Source of the DNA: Camelus ferus
Taxonomy: Eukaryota
Length of the DNA: 64,000 nucleotides
Assembly: GCF_009834535.1 (NCBI RefSeq)
Contig: NC_045696.1
Location: 65,474,001-65,538,000 of the forward strand
Direction of reading: 5' to 3'
Both the position numbers and the translations under genes were made by a program. Shown here in pieces: positions 1 through 12,434 of the stretch. The number at the start of each line of letters is the position of its first letter. Position 1 is the stretch's first letter. The notes beneath the pieces were generated by a model, which saw nothing but the letters and a program-made list of their open reading frames with translations, ran no database searches and was not told the DNA's origin.

Positions 1-275
1 AATAGCACATTAAAAGAAAATCATACACCATGATTCAGTGAGATTTATCCCTGGGATGCAAGGATGGCTCAACATATGCAAATCAATAAATGGGAACAAC
101 GCATTAACATAATGAAAGATAAAAATCATATTATCATCTCAATAGATGCAGAAAAAGCACTGACAAAATCAACCTCATTTCATGATAAAAGCTCTCAACA
201 AATTAGGTATGGAATATACATAACATAATAAAGGTTATATATTACAAGACACAGATAATATCATACTTGATAGTG
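1..275 (+). mobile_element. LINE-1 ORF2 (reverse transcriptase) fragment, degenerate, cut by window edge
   Basis: Encodes degraded L1 RT motifs ([27 protein letters not shown]) with frameshifts. Confidence 0.9.
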
Positions 276-576
276 AAAATCTGAAAATAGAAATAGGAAT
301 AGAAAATGATATGAGTATGAAGATGTAAGGAGGGACTGTTGTGTCCTGAAGACAGTGATAAGTAATCTGCAATTAAATTTAAGTTTAATGGGTTGCTGCT
401 GAAGGCTAGTAAGCATGATACTATTAATGTTTTTTAAAAGATCCCTCTTTTGCTTTTCTGTGGAGGTGCAAAAGTAGAAGCAAGAAGACCATTTAGTAAG
501 TGATTCTACTTGATTAGATGTGAGAGAACCCTGGCTGTGGGCTAAGGTTAATAAATGTAAGAAATAAATAGAACTT

Positions 577-1149
577 GCCAGAAAGAGAAAGAAAAATACC
601 ATATGATAACACTCATATGTGGAATTTGAAAAAAAAGAAGAAGGAGGAGGAGGAGGAGGAGGGGAAGGGGAAGAGGAAGAGGAAGAAGAAGAAGAAGAAA
701 AGAAGAAGAGGAAGAGGAAGAGGGAGAAGGGGAAGGGGAAGGAGAAGGAGAAGAAGAAGAAGAAGAAGAAGGAGGAGGAGGAGGAGGAGGAGAAAGAGAA
801 GGAGAAGAAGAAAGGAAGGAAAGAAAAAAGGACACTATGAACTCATCTACAAAACAGAAAGAGACTCACAGACATTGTAAACAATCTTACGGTTACTGGG
901 GAAAGGGGGTGGGAAGGGATAAATTTGGGAGTTTGAGATTAACAAATGTTAGCCACAATATATAAAAACAGATTTTTTAAAAAGTTTTTTCTGTATAGCA
1001 CAGGGAACTATATTTAATATCTTGTAATAACCTTTAATGAAAAAGAATATGAAAACAAATATATGTATGTATATGCATGACTGGGACATTATGCTGTACA
1101 CAAGAAATTGACCCATTGTAACTGACAGTACTCCAATTAAAAAAAAAAA
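577..1149 (+). mobile_element. 5'-truncated lineage-specific L1 3' end (camelid/cetartiodactyl type) with poly(A)
   Basis: gccagaaagagaaagaaaaataccatatga...catatgtggaat head (also at 35453-35501), tatagcacagggaact motif, A-tail ending 1149. Confidence 0.85.
628..832 (+). repeat. 205-nt uninterrupted polypurine (GAA/GAG/GGA) tract inside the L1 3' UTR
   Basis: Only A/G from 628 to 832; explains the poly-E/K/R/S/P ORFs at 548-880. Confidence 0.97.
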
Positions 1150-1480
1150 CTGAACCGGAAAAATTCAGGTTGGCAGAGATACCCAGAAAATTTTCTGGAT
1201 TTATACGGAAGATAAGACAAAGGAGAAATCAAGAAGATGCCTACATTTTTGTCTGTAGCTAAAATGTGATGGTGATAGTAATTTCATGTACAAAGGGAGA
1301 CAGCCTGATGCATCTGCATTTGTGTCTGTGTGTGTGTGCATGCGCGCGCGCGTGTGTGTGTAGCTAGTAGTCAGCTGAAGAGTCTGGAGCTCAGAAAAGG
1401 AGATGAAAATTTGGAAGATATCAGCACAAAGTCATAGAAGTAAAGGTGCTTATTTAAGATAGAAAAAAATTGATTATAAA
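1150..1480 (-). mobile_element. L2 fragment (ancient LINE)
   Basis: gtctggagctcagaaaagg...aatttggaagatatcagca resembles the L2 antisense consensus. Confidence 0.5.
1321..1362. repeat. (TG)n-(CG)n-(TG)n microsatellite
   Basis: tgtgtgtgcatgcgcgcgcgcgtgtgtgtg seen directly. Confidence 0.95.
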
Positions 1481-2307
1481 GAAAAGGACACAGGTGCTGT
1501 AACATTTAAAATATTCAAAAAATGTAAAAAAATAAAATATTCATAGAAAGGGAAGATCTCATACGGGTTTAAAAAAAATAGAACCTAGTGAGATAGACAA
1601 AAAGTGGAAACATGTAAGACTATGGAAGCTTATAAAAAAAATTTCAAAAATGAGCAAACTGCAGCCTAAAAACACGAACTACACATGGAAAACAGGCTAC
1701 CATGATGGAGATTCAATTAAAAATAAAGAAAATTAGACCTGAAAAGGATCTTGGATAGTGGAATTTTAAGACCAAAAACAAATAACTATAGTTAAGATGG
1801 TTAGTAAGAGAAATTAAACTTGAAACGAAATTAGAAATCACTAACAATAAAATATCTTTTGAACACCAAGTATCTGAAAACTAAATCATGCACTTATGAA
1901 TAAATCATGGGTCAAAACAGAAATCACAAGGAACATTAGAAAACACAACCTATCAAAAAATTGAAATGATAAAAGGAGAAATAAGCCATCTTGAACATCA
2001 GAAAGGGAAGAAACAATGGAAAGGGTAAAATACATTTAGATAAAAGGTTTTTATTTTAGTCTTGAGTTTCTAAACTGTGTTTATTGATGAATCAAAATTT
2101 ATAACATTGTTTATGTGGTTCAATATACATGGGGAAAATATCTAAGATAATTATAAATAATGAGGTTTGTAAAGAGGAAATACAGGTTTTGCATTTCACT
2201 TGAACTTGTGAAATGTCAACACCAGTAGATTGTGATAAGTTATGTATATAACATAATATAATACCTAAAAAATGAAACACTAAGAGAGCTATGCAAAGAG
2301 ATATGCT

Positions 2308-2574
2308 TCTTAGAGTAGCCAAATTCATAGAAAATAGAATCATCATTTCCAGGGGCTGGGGGAAAGGGGAGAAGGGGGCTTACTATTCAATGGGTACTAA
2401 ATTAAATGTTGGAAAGAGGAAAATTTTCTGTAGATGTATGATGTTGATAATTGCACTTTTAACAAAGTAAATATTATTACTACCACTGAACTGTATAATT
2501 AAAAATGGTTGAAACAGTAAATTTCATTGTATAATTTTTATAACAATTAACAAATATAAATATATGTATACTAC
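2308..2574 (+). mobile_element. L1MB-like 3' end nested in the older L1
   Basis: L1MB-type tail (ccactgaactgta...aaaaatggtt); perfect 11-bp TSD agagatatgct at 2297-2307 and 2575-2585. Confidence 0.85.
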
Positions 2575-3116
2575 AGAGATATGCTGAAAATCGCTATAGA
2601 TAAATCAAAACAATTCAAAAAGTTGTTCAAGTAATCCACAGGAAGGCAGAAAAAGAAAAGAGAAACATGAAAAAACAGAGAGCAAATAGAAAACAAAAAA
2701 TACAATGGTAGATTTAAGCCCTCATGTACCAATAATAAACAAAAACCATGATCCATGAAAGAAAAAAATAATTTAAAAAATTATAATTAAAAAAATAAAA
2801 GATTGGACTTATTAAAATTAAAAACCTCTGCTCTGTTAAAGACACTGTTAAGAGACTGAAAATACAAGCCACAGACTGGAAGAAAATATATGCAAAATAC
2901 ACATTTGATTAAGGACTTTTGTCCAAAATATACAAAGAACCCTTAAAATTCAACAATTAAAAAAAGAAACAACCCAACTGAAAAATGGGCAAAACATGCA
3001 GATGGAAATTAAGTCTATGAAAAGATGTTCAACATCACTTGTCGTTAAGGAAATATGTATTAAAATGGCGATGCAAAATCACACAGACACTTTGGAAAAA
3101 AATGACAGTTTGGAAG

Positions 3117-3582
3117 TGATAGGGCTCCCAAAGTGACACAGTGATTGTTTCGAATTAAAGTTACTTGAGAAATAGCTGGTGCAAGAAGAACACTCTGACT
3201 CCCCTCTGAAAGCAGGAAATAAATCTCCCATGTGAAAGGCACCCTCCCTGCATTAAGAAGCAGAGACATCCTTAAGACCGGAGGTAGGGAATTCCAAGTC
3301 AAGAACGCTGTATAAACAAATTCTGCTTAGATTTTCCACTAATTAGTACTCAAGCCCAAGTTTCTTTGTTTCATCAGTTCTGACAAACTGTATTATTTCT
3401 TTGCCTAAAAAGTATAAAAGCAGCCTGCTTTGGTCACTTCTTAGCACTCATTATCTATGAGACTTACATAATTCTGAAATTAAAATTTGTTTTCTTCTTC
3501 TGTTTGTCTGTCTTGTATCAGTTTAATTATTAGATCAGCCAGAAGAACCTAGAAGGGAAGGGGGAAATCCCCGTCCCTGACA
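3117..3582 (+). mobile_element. Solo ERV1-class LTR (MER34-like), 466 bp
   Basis: TG...CA termini, perfect 4-bp TSD gaag (3113-3116, 3583-3586), TATA-like tataaaag; host L1 resumes in register. Confidence 0.88.
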
Positions 3583-6002
3583 GAAGTTTCTTACAAAGCT
3601 AAACATAGTCTAGGTATTTACCCAACAGATTGGAAAAGGACATGTCCGCACAAAATATTTGTAGCAGCTTTATTCATAATTGCCAAAAGCTGGAGGCAAT
3701 CAAGATTCTCTTGAAAAAGTAAATAAACAAGCTGTAGTGTATCTACAGATGGAATATTATTCAGTGATCAAAAGGAATGATCTATTAAGCCATGCAAGAA
3801 TATAGCTCACTCTTAAATGCATATTGCTTAGTAAAGGAAATCAATCTGGAAAGGCAATGTAACATATGGTCTCAACTATAGGACATTCTGGCAAAAGCAA
3901 AACTAAGATAGCTAAAGAAATGAGTGGTTGCTAGGGATTCAAGGGGCAATGAAGAGCTGAAAAGCGAAGCACAGGGAATTTTTTTAAGGTGATGAAACTA
4001 TTCTGTATGATTCTATAATGATGTTTACATAACAGTATACATTTGTCAAAATCCATAGAACTTAATAATACAACACATGAACCTTAATATATGCAATCTT
4101 AAGAGTCATTTAAAAGTTTGGGGAACCCAGGATAAAGTGAAGACTATGATTAAAAAATATACCTGCATTTAAATTCATGAAATAGCCTCACTGAAGAGAA
4201 TGGGGAAAGATTCTGCTTTGAAAACAAGTGGAATCTACAAGCACTATACTTTAGTTTATAAAGTTTTCTCCCATAATGGTACTGAGTTAACAATTCTAAA
4301 CCTATCTGCATGTACAATGAAATTGAACAGTTAATTTTAATGTGGATGGTGGGAGCCAGATATCTCACTGTTGGAACATGTGGGAGGTTACAGATAAACA
4401 AGAGTATGAAGCCTTCTAGTAATCGGTTAGAGATGAGGCATCAATATGAACACATACTTAGCTAAATATAGAAACAGATGGCTACAGATAGTAACTTTTA
4501 TACCTAAATGGATATACATAGGCTAGTATACATCTTGCTCTGCTAGTTGAGAGGACCTAGAATCATGACATCCCAGTAGCAATGTGAACACCTAGCACCT
4601 AGATCATGGTTTCTGGTATCATTTCTAATGCATTTTCCAATGAAAGAAACTAGGCCTCCTTGCTGCTTCTAGGACTGGGGAAGAAAATACATAAGCTGAG
4701 TTTGGAGCTCTTGCAGTTCAGAAAATAAGCCCTTAAAAAAAAAAACACTGTGGCACTATGACAAACAGATACAGGGGCCAACTGAAAGATCTTCTAATAA
4801 CCAATACTGAAACAACTTGAACGACAAAATAAAGTAGTACTGGTTTATAACCAAAATTATGAAATAAGTATCCATGAGTCCATACTGACATACATATACA
4901 TATGCATGCATACAAATGGCAGAAAACAGATCAATCATCTGTGCAGAAGAATTCTAAACAATTTATGTAAAAACTCCATTCTGTAGTAGATGAACTATAA
5001 CCCCCACTCTCTTTATGTGTGTGTTTGTTGCACATGGTGAATTCATTCCAAAGGACTATATAAAAAGGAGGAAAAAAACGAATGACTTTAAAATGCATTA
5101 ACCAGATATTCACTGGTTTAGACAATGATCAAGGTCAACATCAAAAGTGACAAATCAGGTTGTCAGTATACCTATGATATTCTGTGGTGAGCATGATAGT
5201 CTATGCCACTTTTTTTTAAGTCTGTGGTCTTCCTCTCAAAAACCCATAACTCCAGTCTAATCATGACAAACATATCAGACAAATACCATTGACAGGCATT
5301 CTTCAAAATATCTGACAGGTACTCCTCAAAGCTATCAAGGTCATCAAAAACAAGGAAAGTTCAAGAAACTGTCACAGCCAAGAGGAATCAGAGGAGACAT
5401 GATGACTAGTTGTAAGACAAGATAAGAACGGGATCCCTGGGACAGGAAAAGGTCATTAGGTATAAACTAAGAAAATCTGAGTAATCTATGGACTTTAGTG
5501 TATGCATCAATATTGGTTCATTAAAACCAATGGATTTTAAAAATCTATGGAATTTTTCTCAGGAGAAAGAAAAAAGAAAGCAAGGGAAGAGGGAGAAAGG
5601 GAGAAAGAAAGAAGTAAAATGACCTAATGATACATGCAACAACTTAGATGTATCTCCAGAGAATTATGCTGAGTAAAAAGCCAATTCCCAAATGTTATAT
5701 ACTGTATGATTACATTTATACAACACTTTTGAAATGACAAAATTATATAATAGGGAATATATTAGTATTTGTCAGAGTTTAAGGAAGGGGTGGGAAAGGC
5801 TGAGGCAGGAGGGAAGTGGGTGTGATTATTAAAGGGCAACATAAGAGTCACTGAGGTAGTGGAAATTTCTGTATTTTGAGGGTATCAGAGGGTATCAGTG
5901 TTTATATCATTGTTGTAATACTTTACCTAACTATAGCTTTTATAAGATGTTACCACTGAGGAAACCTGGGTGAAGGTACATAGAATATCTTCATATTAAT
6001 TC

Positions 6003-6464
6003 TTTTTTGGTTTTTTTTTTTTTAGCTTTATTGAGGTATAATTAATAAATAAAATTGCACTTATTTAAAGTGTATAGTGTCATGATTTGATATACGCACA
6101 CATTATGGGATATCTGCATAATCAACATATCCATCACCTCACATAGTTACCTTTTGTGTTTGTATGGTGAGAACATTTAAGATCTGCTCTTAGTAAGTTT
6201 TAAGTATACAATACAGTATTGTTAACTCTAGTCACCATGCTGTACATTAAATCCTCAAAGCTTCTTTACATTGTAACTCAAAATTTGTACCCTTTGACCA
6301 ACAACTCCCCATTTCCCCCACCAATAACCCCTGAAAACCACCATTCTACTCTCTTTCTATGAGTTAACTTTATTTTGAATCCATATATAAGTGACATCGA
6401 CAGTATTTGTCTTTCTCTGTCTGCTTTCTTTCACTTAGCATTATGCTCTCCAAGTTCATCCATG
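6003..6464 (-). mobile_element. L1MA-like 3' end
   Basis: Poly-T then tttattgaggtataatt; diverged TSD tcttcatattaattct / tctttgtattatttct. Confidence 0.85.
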
Positions 6465-7103
6465 TCTTTGTATTATTTCTGGCAACTACACATGAATCTA
6501 TAATTATAACCAAATGCATTGAATTTAGTTTTCAAAAAAATGAATAGAATGAAGCTGAAGATAAAATGCTTATATTAGAAAGGAAGAAAGGTCATGTATG
6601 AAACGAATGAAAAAGCAATGACTCAAGGTTCAATTTTAGGAAGCTGGAATAAAAACACCAAAATAAAACTAAAGTAAGTAGAAGGGTAGAAATAATAAAA
6701 GATAAGAATAGAAATAAAATAAAACTAGAAAACACAAATAAGACATTAACAAAACCCAAACCTGACTCTTTGAAAGGATAAACAAAATTAACAATCCCCT
6801 AGACTAATCAAGAAAAAAAAAGCAAAACTCATCAATGTTTGCTACTGTTCCTATAGATATTAAAAGGAAATAGGAAAATAACATGAATATCATTGTGCAA
6901 ACAATTCAGGAAGATTATATGAACACTGTTACAGCAACAAATTCAGCAATTTAGATGAAATGAAAAATGTCTGTGTGAATATTTTTATATGTACATTTTA
7001 AAATCACATTATCGAGAACCTTCACACAAATAAAACTCCACGCTCAAATAATTTCAAGTATAAATTATATTAAAGATTCAGGAAAGAAATAATGCCAGTA
7101 TTA

Positions 7104-7605
7104 TATATGGAGCTGGCTGGCACTCTCTGGAATCATAAAACCCCCACTCCTGGGCTCTCTGTGTGCCTAGAGCCACTGACACCTTAACCCCCATTCCCCA
7201 CTGCAGGACCACTTTGCACACCTGCATTTCTGCAGGATTTAAAAAACATCTCTTGATGTGTGTTTACCTTAACATAACTCAACCCCGGAAGATAGCCCGG
7301 CTCACAATACCCTAGGCCGACAGGTCTCACATCTTGCCCTTATTAAAGTCGTAAAACCTGTTGTTCAGAGAAGTCCCTGACACATCTCACAACCATTTAG
7401 GGACCTGTGCATGAATTGATCATGCAGCCCCCTACTCCTTGTGTTCACAGCCCCCTCCCTCCAATAAAAGACCCTGCACGTTCCCCTGTGTGGCCCGCTG
7501 TTGCCTATAGCAGCATGCCTATTAAACTTTCCTAAACTTTTCTCGGTCTCTGGTAAATCTTCTACCAACCGGCTGTCACCTGCTTGCTGCATTGTGCCCA
7601 CAACA
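7104..7605 (+). mobile_element. Solo LTR (ERV-class) inserted in L1
   Basis: ~500-bp GC-richer block interrupting L1, aataaaag/attaaa signals, ends ...cccacaaCA, imperfect 4-bp TSD atta/ttta. Confidence 0.75.
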
Positions 7606-8523
7606 TTTACAAACCTTTTCAGAAAACAGAAGTCACTGTCCAAATCATTTTATGAATTTAACATAAACTTAAGAGTAAAATATCACAAAGACATTACAAA
7701 CAAAAAGTAATTATGACTCAATATGCCTCATGAACATAGACACAAAAATCTTTTTAAAAATGTTATAAAATTAAACTCAACAATATACAAAATTATAATA
7801 CAATATAAACAATTAAATTTCCTCCCGGAAATGTAAGATTGATGTAACAATTAAAAATCAATCCACATCATTCACCGTATTACCAGAATAAAGAAAAAAG
7901 TGACCATTTTAATATGTGCATTTGACAAAATTCAATACTCATTCACGATAAAAACTTTTATCAAAACAGGAAAAGTAGGAACTTCATCCCAAAACGTATC
8001 ACTAGCATTACTCTTTATAGTGATAGACTGAACTTGTTGGTTCAGATCAAGAACAAAGCCAAGAAGCTCACTTTCTCCATTTCTATTCAATACTGTATTG
8101 GAGATCCTATCAATTGAACTATGTAAAGAAAAGCAATAAAATGTAAAAGGTTCAGAAATAAAGTAAAACTGTCCCTTTTGGGAGATGTCATTTTTACTTA
8201 TATAAAAAAATACCCCAACATCTACAAAACAACAATTAGAACCAATGAGTGAGTTTTAAAAGGTTACAGATAGACAGTTAGTATAAAAAATATTTTCCAT
8301 GTGCATATACTAACAGCAAGTAAATAGAAATAAAATACGTTAAAAATCTGTTTACAATAGAAAAATTTAACAAGAAAAACCAAGAACTCCACAATAAAAT
8401 TTATACAATATTGTTGAGAGAAATTAAAAGAGGTCTAAATAAATAGAACAATATATTTTGTAAACAGATTGAAAGGTTCAATTATTGTTAAAATGTAAAT
8501 TCTCCATAAAATGATTTACACTT

Positions 8524-8679
8524 CTGTTTTTTTTAATTGAAGTACAGTCAATTACAATGTGTCCATTTCTGGTGTACAGCACAATGTCCCAGTTACGCAT
8601 ATACATACATATATTCGTTTTCTTATTTTTTCCATCAAAGATATTGGACACAGTTCCCTGTGCTATACAGAATAAACCA
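8524..8679 (-). mobile_element. Very short lineage-specific L1 3' tail
   Basis: Reverse-complement homologue of about 990-1149; TSD gatttacactt (8513-8523) / gatctacactt (8680-8690). Confidence 0.88.
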
Positions 8680-10249
8680 GATCTACACTTTCAATGGAAT
8701 TCCTATCTAAAACTTGTGGGCTTTTTTTTTGTTGTTGTTACTAAATACCACAAGCTGATAAAAATTTGTATAAAAATGCAAAGGACCTGGCATTATCTTG
8801 CTAAGCACTTTCTTAAAAAGAAAAACAGAATACTTACATACTTGATTTCAAGGTTTAAACAGAAACGAAGACACTTGGGAGTGGCAAAAATTTAAGTGTA
8901 TGGAACAATGGAACAATGGAACAAAAATCTAGCATTCAAAAATAGACCTGTACAAATTCAGTTGATTTTTGAGAAAGGTGCTGAGAAAATTCAATAGCTA
9001 AAAGAAATTTTTTTAAATAAATATCGCTGGAACAATTAGATTTCCTTATGAATTTTTAAAATAAGAGATCTTTATTTCATACCATACAGTGGAAATTGTG
9101 TATAGACCTAAATCTACAACCTAAAGTATTAGCATTTCTAGAGAGGTTAAGAAAAGTTTTCATAGAACATGAGCATAAACCATTACAAAAAACATTGATA
9201 AACTGAACTTAATCAAAACTAAACATTTGCTCCTTGAAATCACTGTTAATAAGAGCAAAGAGCATCCCACAGACTGAGAAACAATACTTCCAACACATAT
9301 ATCTGACAAAGGACACATATCCAGAAGATATGAAGAACCCTTATAACTAAAAAATTAAAATTAAAATAACCTGGTAAAAATGGGTAAAAGAATTGGAAAA
9401 ACAAACAAACAAACAGCCAAGAAGATACACAAATGGCCAATAAGTATTTGAAAAGATTTCAACATCATTAGTTCATCAGCAGAAAGCAAATTAAAACCAA
9501 ACAATCACACTACACAACAAATGACTGTGATTAAATAAAGACTGAAAAAATCAAGTGTTGGTACGTAGAGCAACTGGACCTCTCATACACTGCCAGCAAG
9601 AATTACAGCCAGTACTAGAAGGTGGGGTCATTATAGGAGAAAAAGTTTGAAGTCTCTACATTCTTTTCACAGAGAAAACAGGTTAAAAAAGAAATACCTT
9701 CATATCCAAGTTTGAATATAACCTCCTTTGTTACTTTTCATTCATTTTTCACCCATCTCTTACACAAAGCTACACAAAATATTCCCTCATTCTACTTTTG
9801 AAACACCTTCTGTGTATCATCCTCACCTTGCTAAACAATGGAGTAAAAAGCAGTGGTCAAGACACACACTCCTGGCTGTCTTGCACTGTGTATATTTTCA
9901 AAATACTTTGTTGGAAAAAAAAAACTTTGTTGATTTCTATTACAGCATGGTTACAATATTCTTTATTTAGCATATGCATGTCTGTATTCTCCACTAGGTT
10001 GCTAGGTGACTATCAAAAAGTACCTAGGTTAACTTGCCTTTTTGTCTTTTTTTATTCCACAGCATAGTGTATGGCACACAGTAGGTACTAAAAGGGAAAG
10101 AAGGGAAGGAGGGAAGGAAGGACAGAATGTACCCTGTGAGGTCCTCCCGGGTACAAAAAGCCTTTCTTGATTTCTATGTTTCCTTTCCTCTCCTTTCCTT
10201 TCCACTTGGGCCTCTGAGAGTCAGTATGACCTGATTTAAGCTAACAAAT

Positions 10250-10769
10250 TTTGCAGGACCTGCCCAAGTCTGCTCAGCCTTAAAAGAGGCAAAGATAAAA
10301 AGCCTGCAACTAAAGGTTTTCATCTATGGGCAGGAGGGGCAGCTCCTTGTCCAAATTCTGGAAAGCACCCCTCATTCACCTTAGACCACAGTGGCTGTCT
10401 TTGAAATTAACTAACCTAATCTTAGACATTTTTAAGAAACATTCCACAGAGGCTGATGCATGTGAGAACTCAAGGCTGCTAACAACATCTCCTGCATCAC
10501 GTAGGCAGCAACGGGACTTTCACAAGACAGCAGAGCTGAAGATCAACCACCAACATCCCTTCCCTCTTTTGCTCCTTTGTTGTGCCTTTCTCTTTAAAAG
10601 CTCTTTGCCTGCTTTTATGTTATTTTTTTTTTAAGATACTAGTCCCACATTTTCTGGGTTAAACAGCTTTCTCAAATAAAGTTTCCTTCCTTGCCTTCAA
10701 ACCCTGTCACTCGACTTATACCTGCTGTAGGCGAGGAGCTGAACCTGAGTTCAAGGACAGGAGAAACAG
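10250..10769 (+). mobile_element. Solo LTR (ERV1-like), boundaries approximate
   Basis: tttaaaagc TATA-like box, aataaagtttccttccttgcc poly(A)/R motif, U5-like ggcgaggagctgaacctgagttc; no clear TSD. Confidence 0.65.
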
Positions 10770-11262
10770 CCCATTTAGTTTAGTATCTTACTTTATTTAT
10801 TTGAATATTTTTCAGAATCTGAGATTGACATCATTTCTATAAGATTATGAAGCCAGCACAGATTAAAAAAATAAACCTGCCTTCCCAAAAGCTCACACTG
10901 GGCACTGGGTTCATTCTCAAGTAATTATCCCATTAATTTGACATTTATCCAGAAGACAGGCTACCAAGTGAGAGCCAGTTAAGACAATATTAGCAGCTCT
11001 TTCACAGAATTTTCAAGAGTGCTCCTTTGTGCTTGTGTGTGTGAAATTCCTGCTGAGAATCTGGTTTGGAGACCAGCCATGTGCAACATCCCAGCTGGGC
11101 CACTGTCTTCCCAAGCCAGTCTTCCAGCCAAACGCTTAAGTGAAGGTGGCTGATTGCTCTAGGTTGAACAACTGCTTTATTCTCCTCTAAGCCTCCCAAA
11201 CCATAGCTAGTACGTTTGTTCACAACCTCAGGAGTTTCCCAGTAAAACTCGAAATTGGCCCT

Positions 11263-11595
11263 TGTACTAGGATGGCAAGGAGAAATGGAAGAAAGGGGCA
11301 GACCAATCCAAACTGGCAGGTGGCAGGTTTGTAAGCAAGGGAACTTACATATGAGGCTCATCTTGAGTGGCCACAAGACCAGTAGATCTCCGTATCTGCC
11401 AGAATCTTAAAAGTTTACATAGAGGCCGTGTACAGTTCAGATGGTCTCAATAACACATTACTCTCTCAAGGTGAAGTAGCTCCTAGTGCTGAACAGTGGG
11501 CAGAATGTACATCCCAAGGACACAGGAGGGAGTAACGAGCCTCCAATCGCCTGGGTCAACGGGCAGTCACATCCTCTTGGTGGGCCCCTCCAACA
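11263..11595 (-). mobile_element. LTR remnant (ERVL-type, MER54/MER74/LTR53-like)
   Basis: TG...CA-bounded block with the aagcaagggaacttacata motif typical of antisense LTR R regions; no TSD found. Confidence 0.55.
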
Positions 11596-11810
11596 CAGCA
11601 ACATGGTCTGCCTGTGGATCCCTTCCTGTGATTGTACAGCAAGCAAAAGTCTGAGTCCACCTTATGAACCCCTCTTAATGTTCCCCAAAGGATCCTCTTT
11701 TCTTGATGTGCTGGAGTTAGTAAGGAAGAAAGAATCTAACTCTGCAACATATTCATGACTGCTGTTATTTGAGAGTTTTATAGTATTGCTTCAAAATTAA
11801 GAGTGATAAC

Positions 11811-12047
11811 TGAAGCAGGAAGGGCCAGGCAGTCACTGCTTCAGGTATCAAGAAAAAGACCGCTCTCCCTTCTAAGCGAGACAGCCCACACTCTGCCCAC
11901 GGAGTGTGTGTCTACTTTTACTTTAAACTGAGTACCCAACCCTCACACCTGGTGGCCTTTCTCTTGCCTTCTGAAACAGCCTGCACTCTGTCTATAGAGT
12001 AGATGTCTGTCTGAATAAATCTACCCTTACTCAAAAAAGAAAGGAAG
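11811..12047 (+). mobile_element. LTR U3/R segment ending in poly(A) with no U5 (putative retroposed ERV RNA)
   Basis: LTR R motifs (cacggagtgtgtgtctac), AATAAA 12014-12019, A-rich tail from 12033, flanks aaattaagagtgata / aaatcaagagaaata. Confidence 0.6.
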
Positions 12048-12434
12048 AAATCAAGAGAAATACTACTACTACTAATAATAATAACAATAATAACAACAGT
12101 TTCACTTTCTAGTGTCCTAACCATATATATATAAATTTTAAAAAATTCATGAGATAAAAGTATTACACCCATTATCCAGATGAAAAAAAAAATGAAGCTA
12201 AGAGAACAAAGAAGCATTTAAATCACAGAAATAGCTTAAATGTTCCCCTAGTTGAACCCCACTTGAAAAATGAAGACTCTTGAGAGAAATAATATTATTG
12301 TGTTAAAGAAATAATTAAAACACTTTGTCTTTGCTGAAGAAACACTAACAATGATTTCACTTCTAAGGACAGGCTAAACTAGTTCCTAGGAAAGACTAGC
12401 TCGAGTTATTCTTTTTTTTTTTTTCCTTCTGAAA

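Larger units (their letters stand above)
1830..6535 (+). mobile_element. Old L1M (L1MC/L1MD-like) composite: ORF2 remnants and long 3' UTR, interrupted by younger insertions
   Basis: ORF2 3' remnants at 2740-3110; L1MC/MD-type 3' UTR motifs (catcccagtagcaatg, aaggtcatcaaaaacaaggaaag, ctccagagaattatgctgagt). Confidence 0.75.
6540..9600 (+). mobile_element. Old L1 ORF2 remnant (~3 kb), degenerate
   Basis: Collinear ORF2 remnants including ctcatgaacatagacacaaaaatc (LMNID.KI), catttgacaaaattcaa and ORF2 3' motifs. Confidence 0.85.

Noticed and set aside
548..880. Three overlapping ORFs with poly-E/K/R/S/P (protamine-like look)
   Set aside because: They arise from a stop-free purine microsatellite inside an L1 3' UTR
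8900..8924. Short tandem triplications or duplications (also near 5878, 14670, 49580)
   Set aside because: Ordinary slippage duplications with no shared unit
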